From positions 11,673,309 through 11,737,308 of the forward strand of contig CM082591.2 of the NCBI GenBank assembly GCA_040954595.2: a DNA stretch of 64,000 nt. Reading direction: 5' to 3'. The position numbers and the translations under genes were made by a program. The DNA is from Balanoglossus misakiensis (lineage: Eukaryota; Animalia; Hemichordata). The first letter of the stretch is position 1. Every line of letters begins with the position of its first letter. Under the pieces are notes generated by a model. That model worked only from the letters and a program-made list of their open reading frames with translations. It searched no databases and was not told where the DNA came from. Shown piece by piece: positions 38,289 through 50,642 of this stretch.

Positions 38289-38379
38289 TTAAAAGTGGGT
38301 GAGAATATAACCCTGAAACCGTTCCAGTATGAATGTGCAATTGCTTTGTGCTAATCACTTTCTTAAATTTTTTGCACAG

Positions 38380-38440
38380 CGTAAACGCCATGTTGGTTCA
38401 TATCTTAGCGCACACCCTACCAATGAAAGAAAGAGGAGAG
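38380..38440 (+). CDS. PHF21A: PHF21 coding exon 8 (RKRHVGSYLSAHPTNERKRR+G)
   Basis: ttttgcacag / gtttgt boundaries, 61 nt, ends in phase 1; similar to [20 protein letters not shown]. Confidence 0.88.
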
Positions 38441-38853
38441 GTTTGTAGATAGTTCTACATTTTGATTCTATTTAGTCCATAAAGATTGTCTGACTTGATG
38501 TAGTCTTTCCTGTTAAAGTAATATGTGCCTTGGGGACACCACATTTAAAGTGTGCTTATGCGAAAATAGGCCAACACTAGCACACAAAAGTAGAGACAAT
38601 ATCAATTCAGCGTGGACTGTGTTATCTAGGATGACTAGTTATTCTCAATCTGAAGATAAAATAAGCTAAAGTTACAATGAGCAAAATATGAGAAGAAGTT
38701 TAAGACTGAGTTTGGAGACATGTACCACCTTTAACTTGTAACTGATTCTTTCTTAACAGTCTGTCTCCCACTTCCTTTCAAAAGCAAATTATTCAGATGT
38801 TTGTTGTTATTTTGTAATGGTACTCATGTCCATTCTTTTTCTTGTCACCAAAG

Positions 38854-38960
38854 GTCGTCCACCAAAGTTTAGTGACAGCAGACCCAGCTCACCCGAAGAT
38901 GACGAAAACTGTGTTATGAATCAGAACTTGGTGAAAGCTGTCAAAGCACAGTTCAACGAT
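38854..38960 (+). CDS. PHF21A: PHF21 coding exon 9 (AT-hook GRPPK...AQFND)
   Basis: cttgtcaccaaag / gtaagt boundaries, 107 nt, phase 1 to 0; completes the RKRRGRPPK AT-hook. Confidence 0.9.
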
Positions 38961-38967
38961 GTAAGTA

Positions 38968-39262
38968 ACTAGAGATAAACTTCACAGCCATAAATCTACT
39001 GATACAGTTCTTCACAACTTGTATATTTCAGCCATAAATCTGTGGAATCACATCCATAGATTCATAGATACATTACTTCATGGCCATAGATTCACAAAGA
39101 CTACTTCACAGCCATAGAGACATTACTTCACAGCCTTAGATTCATAGATACATTACTTCTCAGCCATAGATTCATAGAGAGGTATTAAAGAGACATTACG
39201 TCACAGCCAACAGCCATAGATTCATAGAGACTTCTTCACAGCCACAGATACATTACATTACT
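38968..39262 (+). repeat. ~30-bp degenerate minisatellite (cagccatagattcatagagacattacttca), resumes at 42818-43040
   Basis: Repeated cagccatagattcataga units on both sides of the 39263-42817 insertion. Confidence 0.8.
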
Positions 39263-40075
39263 CAGTGTTTTCTCCAGAACGCGCGATTGCCCCTCTTTTA
39301 CACTTGAATCGCCCCTTGTAACAAGTTCAGGGGGCGACAATAGCCCCTTCGTGAGCAGCCCACCCGGCCAGTACATGTGCGTCAAGCCTTCGTAGCATGC
39401 ACTGCCAGTCAAAACACTGGGATAACGGCCGATATTACTGCGTGCTGGCCTATACATTTTAACTTCCCACCCCGAAAACTATGTTGTAGATGACATTCAC
39501 ATTCAATTACGTGTAATTTAGCTCCAGGGCTATAGTGTGCAATTATTGGAACAGTCAAAGAGTTCTATCTGGACACCGCCTAAATTTAGAGCACACATTC
39601 AAGTGAACTTGTTGTTATGGCGACCTTTGAAATTGGGTTGGCAGAACGTAACAATTGTATGCAAATTAAAAGAACTGTGTTCATGCCATGGCGATTATCA
39701 AGAATGTATCAGTTTTCCAAGACCTCGTTTTCTTACTTCGGAAGGAAAGTCATTCAATATGTACAGAGACTGTTTATTTGAGTAGTGTGCCTAGCCACAG
39801 ATGGGGAAGTGTAGGCAGAAATCTGAGGGAAAATATCCCACTTCAATTTATTCCACTATTAATGGTTTCACAATCTAATATTTTGGCGGCTAAACTGAAA
39901 CTTTTAAAATCAAACAAGATAATTTTTCCCAGGTATAGTATTAAAGAAGGACACTATTGTTTTTGCAGTTGCATTTATTTTATTCATTTCACTCTCCTTG
40001 CCAGGGGAGGGGTTAGTCACTCTCCAACCACTTGTGTAAATAATTTCAGGAAAGTTATTTTCAGCTCTCTAGCAT

Positions 40076-42502
40076 TTTTGGGTCCCATTGGTATGTACCA
40101 TGGGACCTTATGGGATGGGTTGCGTCTGTATGTATGGATGGATGGATGTTTGTATGTATGGATGGATGGATGTATGTCTGTATGTCCGTCCACATCAAAA
40201 ACTTGAAAACCGCTGCGTGTATCACCTTGATATTTGGTGAGCTGATGCAGGCTGGGCTGTAGATGGGAGTTTGTTCAAATGAAGTTGTCATTGCAAAAAA
40301 TATGCAAATTAGCTGGAAAAATGTGAATTTGGGCAAAACTCAGTAACTCAAGAACTACTGGTCAGATTGCTTTTCAAAGTGGTGTGTATTTAGGTTACCT
40401 TCTGTTATTGCTGGAGTTTTTCTTCTTTCTTATTGAGTCGTTTTTTTGCTCCCGTTTTTCTCAAAAATCCCTGGACCTACGCCTATGAAATTTGGCACGG
40501 TGGTTGGGGCCCATGAGTACTTGTGCACCTGCCCTTTGAATTTGTAATTAGTCACGTGACTTGGTGGCTATAATCGAGCGAAATTTTCAAATTGACCTAA
40601 TTTGCACGTTAATGGCGGCATTTAAATTCTTTTCTCAAACTTTGTATACCATATGACCAAAATCCCCTGTGCCAAATTTCAAGGTCCTAGGCCTCGTCGA
40701 TTTTGAGAAGAAGATTTTTGTAATATTTTTCGCATTTTTTGGTGGGCTGAGGATAAAACACTAGGGCATCGGACTTTGACAGTCATTATGTAATGTTGTG
40801 GAGATCCTTGGAAAATCGGCTGAAATACGTAAACAGACCAGTGATTATTTTCCACGGAATGAATTTTTGGACAACACATTTTCGGAGTTCAGGCTGTGTT
40901 AGGGCGTTTTATTGAATTACGCTGAGTTTGTTAGCTGTTGCCGTTCAAATGTGTCTACGCAGACCCGGCTACACTGGTTAACATTCAATGTAATGCGGCA
41001 GTGGACTTTGACCCTCAGTCGCTAATGTTGTGGGAGGTTTCATTAATAGCATGGTAGTCACATGTAGTGGATAGTAGTTCGGGAAATTGGCCGAAATACG
41101 TAAGCAGACCAGTGATTTTATTGCACGAAGGGAGTATGGTACCAGCAATAATCAGAGATCAGGCTTCGTTGCCGTTCAAAAGTTCCTACTTCAGTCGTGA
41201 CGTTGCAACTGGACGTTGAGTATGGGGTTCGGCCCACAGGTGGCCGTGGGGGTTATCAGGTCGCCCGTAATGGCATGCAGCTGTATGGGACCAATCAATC
41301 AATCAATCAGAGAAATTTGTATAGCGCCAGTATCTATAACAAGTGTCATACTCAAAGGCGCTTGTGCTCATTGGCCCACACCATATGCTCTTGCGAAATA
41401 ATGCGTCTTATTTTGGGACCAAAATAATACGCCCGATTCGGGGGTCACCTGTGACACCTGCGTAACTCAATTATGTGCATGCGTAATTGTGGGGTCAATG
41501 AAAGGGATGCTAGCGTGGTATTTGGGGGGCGGCAAAATCCAGGTGCAGCTTTGGTATTTGGAGGGATGAAACTATCATGAAATGCCAAATACTGGGGATA
41601 CCTGTGACACCTGCTTGATTCATGTATTACGTGCATTACCTAATGGTAGGCAAAGTGAAAGGGCTGCAAATGTAGGATTTGTTGCACATGACATAAACAG
41701 GAATGAAAATTTTTTGTCAAATTTTTGGGTGACCTCAGGTGTCCATTGACCTGCTTTCCATATGTTAGCATGCACATCATATATAGCCAGGTGTTTGGAG
41801 GGGTAGGGTAGGACCCTCTGCGTCATGAAATGCTAAATTCCTAGGGCCACCTGTAACTTACTTGCGTAACTCATTATTATGGCCATATCTAATTTGACCA
41901 ACCCAAAGGGCGAGGATTTTCCGTTGTCTTGAATATGAACCAAATAAGAATCCTAATTTTTGGCCCAATTTTTGGGTACCCTCGCCTGACCTTTGAAGTA
42001 CTTACTGAAGTACTTACAACGTAGAAGTTCACCTTTGGTTGTTGTGTTTGTACTTGTAGGACATGCATTTCGGGTGGTTGCCTACTTCCCCATATCTCAA
42101 CATCGAGAGCAAATACAGCCTACGCATTTGAATGGTACAACCCTGAATGGAGTCTAATGGTTATTAACTCTATGCTTGGTCCCCTTCAATGATGCTTGCA
42201 GCTTTAATTACTTTATTGAGTTGTTTTAATTAGGCAGGAACTCCCCTCTGTGTTTCATATAAACAAAGCAAATTCCTGAATGATTACATAACTGGCTAAG
42301 TTTTATAGAGGCCAGCTGTTCTATTTAGTGTATGTACAGTACATATGTCATTGGCAGCATATGGGTCAGTCAGTTTTTGCCCATTGATCTCTCGCTATAT
42401 GTGTGTGTGTCTGTCTGTCTGTATATGGCCATGTACTCCGGTGTAGACTTTTTCTTGTGTAATCACTCGATGGGACCACCGTGTCCTTGACGCGATTTTT
42501 TT
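40076..42502 (+). mobile_element. HINE-like family B copy enclosing a family A copy (~40393-42209)
   Basis: 5' ggtcccat...atgggacc plus microsatellite; 3' tgggaccaccgtgtccttgacgcgatttt; family A end gcttgcagctttaatt at 42209. Confidence 0.72.
41295..41413 (-). mobile_element. Very short LINE/SINE 3'-end insertion with a 9-bp TSD
   Basis: (ttga)n tail and ggcgctatacaaat L2-type terminus; tgggaccaa duplicated at 41286-41294 and 41414-41422; empty site in the homologous copy at ~2955. Confidence 0.8.
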
Positions 42503-43405
42503 AAATTACACGCCCTGAAAGTTATGCAAGGTGGAGTGTTCCTCTGCAAAACCTACTAATTTAAAGAAGAAAAAACTCTAACTGTTAATATGTTGTCTAG
42601 TTCACATGTAAAATGTTGTAATTTACTAAATACTGTTTTTAATATGGAATGAAGGCAGTTAGTAAGTTAACATTCAAAATGGTCATTCCTTGATATTTAC
42701 CTAATTAACATAAATTATGCGAATCATGATTCCCCCTATTTTGACCAAATCCCCCCCTTAATTTTGGACTAAGGGGGGACATTCCCCCCTTCTCTCAACA
42801 TCCTGGAGAAAACACTGCATTACTTCACAGATTTATAGAGACATTACACCACAGTTGCAGATTCATAGATTTATCCTGTCACATGTATCTATAAATCCAT
42901 CTTCCTTGCAACCATACCCTATGACTGTCCACCACAGATACATTGCTTCACAGCCACAGTGCCATAAATGTGTTCCGTCACAGATCCATCTTCCTTTACA
43001 GCCAGAGATTTCCAGAGACATTCTTTCACAAGCAGAGATCTCGCCAATCTTTTCAAATTGTTCAACTCTTCGAGATGAATTTACTGAAATCAAAAGTTTT
43101 TAATCAACTGACATAATTACAATAAAACTTTTTATAAAACCTTAACGCTTGTCTCCTCATCGAACTCATCCATTCTACTCAAGCAACCGAGTTTCACCAT
43201 TGGGAACCCATACTGTAGTTGGACTGACCCTGTTTTACTATACAAACTCAAACTGACATAATAATTACATGTATCATGATGGTTTCACTCCTATCTTGCA
43301 TATGGCCTCTCGTTATAATTTCTCCACTTCAACAATGTCACAACAATTTAACACCAATTGACAATATTTATTTTATTAATTTATCATTGCTGTAATGATG
43401 CACAA

Positions 43406-45161
43406 TTTTTAGGTCCCATTGGTATAGGCCTATATACCATGGGACCTTATGGGATGGGTTGCGTCTGTATGTATGTATGGGTGGATGGATGGATGTATGT
43501 CTGTATGTCCGTCCACATCAAAAACTTGAAAACCGCTGTGCGTATCACCTCAATATTTGGTGTGTAGGTGCAGGCTGGGCTGTAGATGGGAGTTTGTCCA
43601 AACGAAGTTGCCAGGCCCAAAAATATGCAAATTAGCTTGTAAAATGTGAAATTGATCAAAACTCTGTAAGTCAGCAACTACTGGTCAGATTGCTTTGAAA
43701 ATTGGTATGTATGTACCTTATGTCAACCTCACACCGACCTGTAAGTGTTAAGTTGATATCATGGATGTTTTATTTTTTATGAATTTTTTAGTCTTTTTAT
43801 TAAATTTATACCTTTACTTATACCTCTATGGTTAAGCTATGTCCACATCTTATTGTGGAATTCTGGTCTGTGCAATAGTCCTGTACAGTGACTGTCTATA
43901 TTTCAGTGAGCACAATGGGGCCAAAATAAAAGGCAAATTTTTGGGCTCACCTGTAAGTGTAACACCTGCTTAACACATTAATTATGTGCATACCTAATTC
44001 TGGGCTAACTAATAGGGCTAGAGGTTTCGTTCTTGTGGGACATGGACCAGTATAGGGTCAACATTTCTTGCCCAAATTTTGGGTGACCTCAGGTGACCTT
44101 TGACCAACTTTCCTATATCTCGGCATCCAGAGCAGGTACAGACTTGGCGTTTGGAGGGTTGGGACTAAAATTGCAAAGCCAAAATATGGGTCACCTGTGA
44201 CACCTGCATATCTCATTAATTATGTGCATACCTAATTCCAGGCTAACCAATAGGGCTATAGGTTTGGTTTTTGTTGAACATGGACCAGTATAGGGTCAAA
44301 ATTTCTTGCCAAAATTTTGCATGACCTCAGGTGACCTTTGACCTACTTTTCCATATCTTGGCATCCAGAGCAGGTACAGACTTGGCGTTTGGAGGATTGG
44401 CACTAAAATTGTAAAGCCAAAATTGGGGGTCACCTGTGACACCTGCATATCTTATTAATTATGTGCATACCTAATTCCAGGCTAATCAATAAGGCTATAG
44501 GTTTGGTTTTTGTTGAACATGGACCAGTATAGGGTCAAAATTTCTTGCCCAAATTTTGCATGACCTTAGGTGACCTTTTACCTACTTTACCATTTCTTGG
44601 CATCCAGAGCAGGTACAGACTTGGCGTTTGGAGGGTTGGCACTAAAATTGAAAAGCCAAAATTGGGGGTCACCTGTGACACCTGCATATCTCATTAATTA
44701 TGTGCATACCTAATTCCAGGCTAACCAATAAGGCTATAGGTTTGGTTTTTATTGAACATGGACCAGTATAAGGTCAAAATTTCTTGCCCAAATTTTGCAT
44801 GACCTCAGGTGACCTTTGACCTACTTTATCATATCTTGGCATCCAGAGCAGGTACAGACTTCGCGTTTGGAGGGTTGGGACTAAAATTGAAAAGCCAAAA
44901 TTGGGGGTCACCTATGACACCTGCATATCTCATTAATTATGTGCATACCTAATTACAGGCTAACCAATAGGGCTATAGGTTTGGTTTTTGTTGAACATGG
45001 ACCAGTATAGGGTCAAAATTTCTTGCCCAAATTTTGCATGACCTCAGGTGACCTTTGACCTACTTTTCCATATCTTTGCATCCAGAGCAGATATGCTTAT
45101 TGCTATGTTGCTATGTGCTATGTCCTCAAATGGGACCACAGTGTCCTTGACGCTATTTTTT
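43406..45161 (+). mobile_element. Complete HINE/pearl-like family B element carrying a satellite array
   Basis: T-run + aggtcccat...atgggacct + microsatellite at the 5' end; atgggacc + stem-loop agtgtccttgacgct + T-run at the 3' end. Confidence 0.8.
43960..45090 (+). repeat. Tandem array of ~4.5 units of 239 bp
   Basis: catggaccagtata recurs at 44041, 44279, 44518, 44757 and 44996. Confidence 0.93.
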
Positions 45162-46117
45162 AAGTAACTTGATAAAAATAAGTAGCATCTTTGTGTCAAA
45201 CACAATCGTAGTGTTCAGCACATTTTAAAGACGCATACCAAATCCCTCCAGTAATTTGAATGCATTTCGGGGTGGAGTAATCTTCAAATCAGAGACTTGA
45301 AATGTTGTTCTGTACACCATCATTTTCCCCAGTTGCGAATTTCTTTATTAGCTTCAAGTGATCTGTTGTGGTGCAACCAATGAGAGCACACCTGAGTCAA
45401 AGGTGCCATCATTGATCGCACAATGACATCATTACACATTTTCATTTCTTTCTATACCTTTTAAAAGCATTTATTCAACTTTTGTTTCACGAAGTTGATA
45501 TTTCAGTCTGGCAGTGATTTCATAAAGATTAGTGTCAATATAAAGACAGAAAGACTGAAGTATGCCTATTTTCTGTTTTTGTATCTGCATGAGGGTAGGT
45601 TGGCTGAGGTTTGCAAAAGAAAAAAATTTGATGACATTTTGTCAAAAAATTTAGAATACTTCTCTATTTTGTGACACTGACAGTACCTGTCGTCATTGCT
45701 TTTCTGCAGTAAACCATGCAGTAATTATGTAAATTGGTTCTCTGCAGATTACTGTGGTTTGTTCAATAAGCTTCTGTCTACATGTGTGTAAAAAAAATAT
45801 GTTACTGTTTAATAAGGCACTATGTGCCTCTTGAAACAAAGTCACTTCTTCATATATTTTGCTCTTGCGGCAAGTTTAGATTGTTCTCTCTTCAAATTGA
45901 ATAAAACTTGGGGGTCCTGACACAAAATTTTTAATGAGTGAGTGGCATTGTCTGAAATTTGACATTTGGTGTGGCCGCCAATCTCTGTGTGAACTCTATG
46001 AAGAAAACACAACTAAAGTAATGATTTTCATGAAAACAAGATAGTAAACTCTTTGTGTTCTTTGTTTCCAGAAAGACTCCTCACATACTTCATTGAATGA
46101 TTTTGAGGACTATCATT

Positions 46118-46630
46118 AATAGGTCCCATTGGTATGTACCATGGGACTATATGGAATCAGTTGCGTATGTATGTCTGTATGTCCGTCCACATCAATAACT
46201 TGAAAACCGCTGCGCATATAACCTCCGTATTTGGTGTGTAGATGCAGGCCGGGCTGTAGTTGTTTTGAGCTAATATTATCGATTTTCTATTTTTTATGCA
46301 TTTTTTTGTATTTTTCCATATTATTGGTAAAAAATCTTCAGTTCTGATAGTGATAGGTCTACTTCTTTGAAATTTAGTACGAAGCTTCCTATAGGTTGTC
46401 TGAGTAACCATAGTTTTGTTCAAATTGTTCCAAAATTTGCATATTTATTATTTGAGCAATTTTTGCCATTTTTGGTCAAAAACATTTTTTTCTCTTAAAC
46501 CGCATGCCAGATTGCTTTGCAATTTGGTAGGCATGTTCCTAGGGGTTACCCAAGTAAGAACTAAGATGTATCTAAAAAAAATTCTGATATTTGCATAAAT
46601 GTGTTATTGGGGAAATTTTTTCCAATTTTT
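46118..46630 (+). mobile_element. Truncated HINE-like family B copy
   Basis: aggtcccattggtatgtaccatgggac start; core matches 16920-17210. Confidence 0.72.
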
Positions 46631-46783
46631 CCTATATCTTTGTTTTGAGCACAGATTGGGTTTATGGTGAATGTTGGTTGATAGTGCACCTTGCGTATAA
46701 TTATTTCACCAATGCCATTGTTTCACTCATCAGTGAACACCCCTGCATTTACAGTCTTGCTTTTGGTTCATGAATTGGAGCTA

Positions 46784-46962
46784 CAGTCAAACCTGTGTTA
46801 GTGACCACCTCTATATAGTGACCACCTCTATATAGTGGCCACTTAGTTACAGTCCCTGTACAATTTACACGTGTATAAATTAACCTGTCTATAAAGACCA
46901 CCTGTCTATAAAGGCCAGTTTGGTAAAGTCCCTTGACTGGTCACTATAGACAGGTTTGACTG
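46784..46962. mobile_element. pogo/Tigger-type MITE (179 bp)
   Basis: TA|cagtcaaacctgt ... acaggtttgactg|TA. Confidence 0.88.
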
Positions 46963-48440
46963 TATTGTGAGAGGCATACATGACAAAACACCATACTTGC
47001 TTCATTGGTTGGTCGTAGTATCTTGGGTCAAGCTGGGTAAACCGTTTCCATGTATATTGACAAAGATTCATCACATTGTTTGTAGTACTGTGTTACAACA
47101 TTCTGCTTCATCTGATGATCAGTCAGCAGAGAGGCTCTGCACCTTAGTTAACAGTCATCCTTTCTCTGCACTCTCCATAGACTGTCAAATAATATGTGTC
47201 TTTACTGCAAGTTTTTAAAGAGGCACTGTTTTTTTATCACTCTTTGAGTTCCTTACGACTGTTTTACCTTTGCAAATATTCATGCATTGCACCAAATAAA
47301 TACAAATCTGATAGCACGTTTTGGAAAAGTTTGAATTATGGTGGGCCACCTAAATTAACCTTCCAAAAACTGAACGTTATCAAATCAGCTACCGGTAGTA
47401 CTCACTGTAGAAAACCCAACCGGGCAAAGAACAAGGAGTAGCAATCAACATACAAATCATCATTCTGTTGACTCTTTAGAACTCCAGTCTCTCAACAAAT
47501 AGAACATTTGATGGCACACATAATGTGCAGATGAGATGACTTCTGGTGTCTTGGCTGCATAACTTAATATATTTTGTTAATTTTATGCAGATATCCAGAC
47601 TCTACAGTCTGAGAACTACATTTCAGAATTGTGGCCTTATGAGCTGATTCAAAACAGAGCCAATTCAGAGACAGAGGGCCAAAAATACTTTAAGTAACCA
47701 GAATCTGTGTAAAGATATCGGGAATATGGAAGTCAGTTGATGTTTACATGCACCTGCGAGCTGACTTGTTTTGGACATTGCAATTTAATTTCACTGCAAG
47801 AGACACAGGTGCCGGGCGTCTAGACACTCGTCTTTTTCCTGTCGATCGATCAGCGGCCGCTTACGTTACCGGCACTACCACTCAAGTTTGACCATATGGC
47901 CAGGGCGTTGAAATAATAGGACTAGTTTCAAGTTGTGAATGTTTGCAGTATTAAGTTTCTCATGAATATTCACGCAACCTGAGTATTCACGCAACCTTGC
48001 CTGACCTTACATGTGTGAGAGCCTGACAAAGACGCACTTGGACTAAACCACTATACGTCAGTAGATGTTGTTGTTCAGCGAGCATACTGTAATGCTGCTC
48101 GTAGTGTTCACTTCGTTGACAACTTTTTATTTCTGGAATATTGATTAGACAATACATTGAACTGACTGTATTTGAATAGAAAATGTTAAAACTTTACATA
48201 TGAATTTGAAACCATCAAGCCATTCATTCACTGCGGACACCCCCTTACGAGAACACTGATTGGAACGTCCCAAAGTCATTTGCATATGAATCCACAGGGT
48301 ATAAGCAGGGTATACCGGCGATCAATGATATGAATAAGCGTCACAGATTTTTGAAAAGACAAATTCCTGCCTTATTTTAGGCGCCATCAAAATTTGAAAT
48401 GGTTAAGAAGTGGCGCTTAAATGCAGGAATTTACGGTACA

Positions 48441-48483
48441 TACACACACACACACACTCACACTCACACTCACACACACACAC
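48441..48483 (+). repeat. (CA)n/(CACACT)n microsatellite
   Basis: Directly visible. Confidence 0.95.
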
Positions 48484-49088
48484 TTTTCATCCAACTTTAA
48501 GAAGCTTCCCTTCACACTATACCTTGCATAATATAGATAGCATTTATGAGTCAACTTAATTCCATTAGACAATAAGATAAGCCATAAGATGTTACTGTAA
48601 AGCAAATGTGATAAGGCTTTTATATTTTAAGTCAATTTTAATAATAAGGAGTACTTGTTAAACTTTTCATTAATTTGTTCAGTTCAAAAATCTAAGGTTT
48701 TCTTTCTCACTTTTTAACACCTCCGTGATGTGCATGTTTGTTTTTATTTTCCCTTTTTTCCAATATCATGCTATAGCTAACCCCTAATAAGATCCAAAGT
48801 AATGTATACAAGAAATGCTTAAAAAAATATTACATATTTGACTTCAGAAAGAACACTACAGGGTTTTACCATAGATTTGCAAATATATATGATTTTTCAA
48901 GATAATATTATATTTCTCATCAATGTTTACGATAAAGATATTTGATTATCTAATTGTCAGTCATTGGATTTCGTATTCCCCAACATTTAACCTTCACTTT
49001 CACCTTAGTGCATGCCTGATGTGTTTTTATTTATGTTTGTGTTTTGTGTGTTCATTTATTTCACCATTCTCTGCTTGCCTTATTATAG

Positions 49089-49232
49089 GGCCATGAGGAT
49101 ATCTGTGCTGTTTGTAAACAAAGTGGTGAATTGTTGATGTGTGATACCTGCAGCCTTGTCTATCATCTTGGTTGTTTAGATCCCCCTTTAACTTCTATCC
49201 CCGCTGGCATATGGATCTGCCCTCAGTGCCAG
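49089..49232 (+). CDS. PHF21A: PHF21 coding exon 10, PHD finger ([48 protein letters not shown])
   Basis: C4HC3 PHD pattern closely matching the BHC80 PHD; ttattatag / gtattt boundaries, 144 nt. Confidence 0.97.
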
Positions 49233-50177
49233 GTATTTCAGTTTGCTTTGTCTTTCTTTTCACATCCTCTGTATTTGATTTCTTCCCGCTAAATTGTAGT
49301 CTCTGAATGATTTGATTTAAATCCTATACTGACTGAACAAAGATTGGTTTGTAAATTGCTGTTTACTTACCTTAATTAACTCTGATGTTTGATCTGCGAT
49401 GCCAGATTAAGAGGCGGGGGGGGGGGGGGGGGGGGGGTAGTTGGGATTTGGAATTATTGAGATGGTTTGAAGTCTTTGTAAACTCTTTGTAAAATTCACC
49501 AAGGTTAACAAATCTAAATATTGCAAGTAGCAGTCTCTCAAGCAGGGTATGGTCACACCTGAGAGTCATGGGGCTAGGGGGGGGGGGGAATCATGGGCCC
49601 CTTGACAAAATTTCAGGGGGAAGGGGGATAAGAAATATCAAGTAGATTTGAACTCGGGGACTTTAATTATGAAGTTTACTAATTTGATGAGATCTACAGA
49701 TAGGGATCTCATTGTTTACACCAGGATTTTTTCTTTGTAGCCAGTAGTTCCACTAACTTTGGCCACAGCGAAAGTTAAATTAGCCGCGCAAATCAAGTTA
49801 AATATCAAACAAAAGTTTTACTATTTTACGAATTAAAAAGAAGGCATGACAGGAAGCACAGCAAATATCTGCAAGATTTCCTGTGAAGCAAAACACTTGC
49901 ATATGTTACATATTTAGCTAATAATAGCAAAGCTTCCAGTAAGATAGTTGTGGGTGGCAGGGCTGCGTGTTGTGTACCTACTGTGCCTCCAGCCACAAGC
50001 CCTCACATGGTGCCACCGCAGTTTCGTGTCGGAAGACTCTCTAGTCTAAGTGGAAAAGGCCAATTGTGAAATGGACTTGCGGGTCGATTTGTATTTTCGA
50101 GCATACCTCTGTGTTCTGCCAAGGTCCATGACTGGTAGGGCCTCAAGGCCCCTCAAGGCTAAAAAAGTGGGGTCATT

Positions 50178-50345
50178 TTTAAGGATGTATGCGCAGAACA
50201 TAAACCGGAAAACTGCGCGCATTCATATTTAACCCATAGTATTACATTGATAATTGCTAGAAAACAAACTTCTACTATTGTTATTTTTCACGAAATTATA
50301 CACATAGCTCAATCAATTAAAAATAAATTCATTGGTCAATTAACC
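50178..50345 (+). repeat. TTAA-GG-starting repeat end (Kolobok-like); second copy at ~52370-52530
   Basis: ttaaggatgtaygcgcagaacataaac...ttctactattg...cacatagctc occurs at both positions. Confidence 0.6.
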
Positions 50346-50642
50346 GCGGCTCGTGTGGGACAAAATATCCCCGAAGACCCTTTGAAAATGCATTGTTCAA
50401 ATTTGATTGCCATTGTCAATCTTCTAGTAAAAACATATTGTGTAAACACAATGTGGCAATTCATTATAATTTTGCCGTTAGGTTAATATTAAAAAGAATA
50501 TTGTATGAAATTTCCATTTGCTTTTGGTGCCTGGATGGATCACATTCAAACAGAAAGGAAGCAATACAAATGTTGGGGTGTCAAGCCTGTCAAATCTTGG
50601 TGGTCATGAGGCTTTGATCACTCATTTACCAAGCTGGGTCAC

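Larger units (their letters stand above)
39263..42817. mobile_element. hAT-like TIR element with a 7-bp TSD, expanded by nested insertions
   Basis: Perfect 15-bp TIR cagtgttttctccag / ctggagaaaacactg; cattact duplicated at 39256-39262 and 42818-42824. Confidence 0.82.

Noticed and set aside
38514-38733. Possible small TTAA-flanked MITE in the intron before the microexon candidate
   Set aside because: Ends (ttaaagtaatatgtgcc / gacatgtaccacctttaa) are too degenerate to call with confidence.
39688-40336. ORFs of 90-170 aa with CMYGWM/TDIQTYIH repeats (also at 16.4-16.8, 43.4-43.7 and 60.5-60.9 kb)
   Set aside because: They are translations of the HINE microsatellite and core, with no protein-family motifs.
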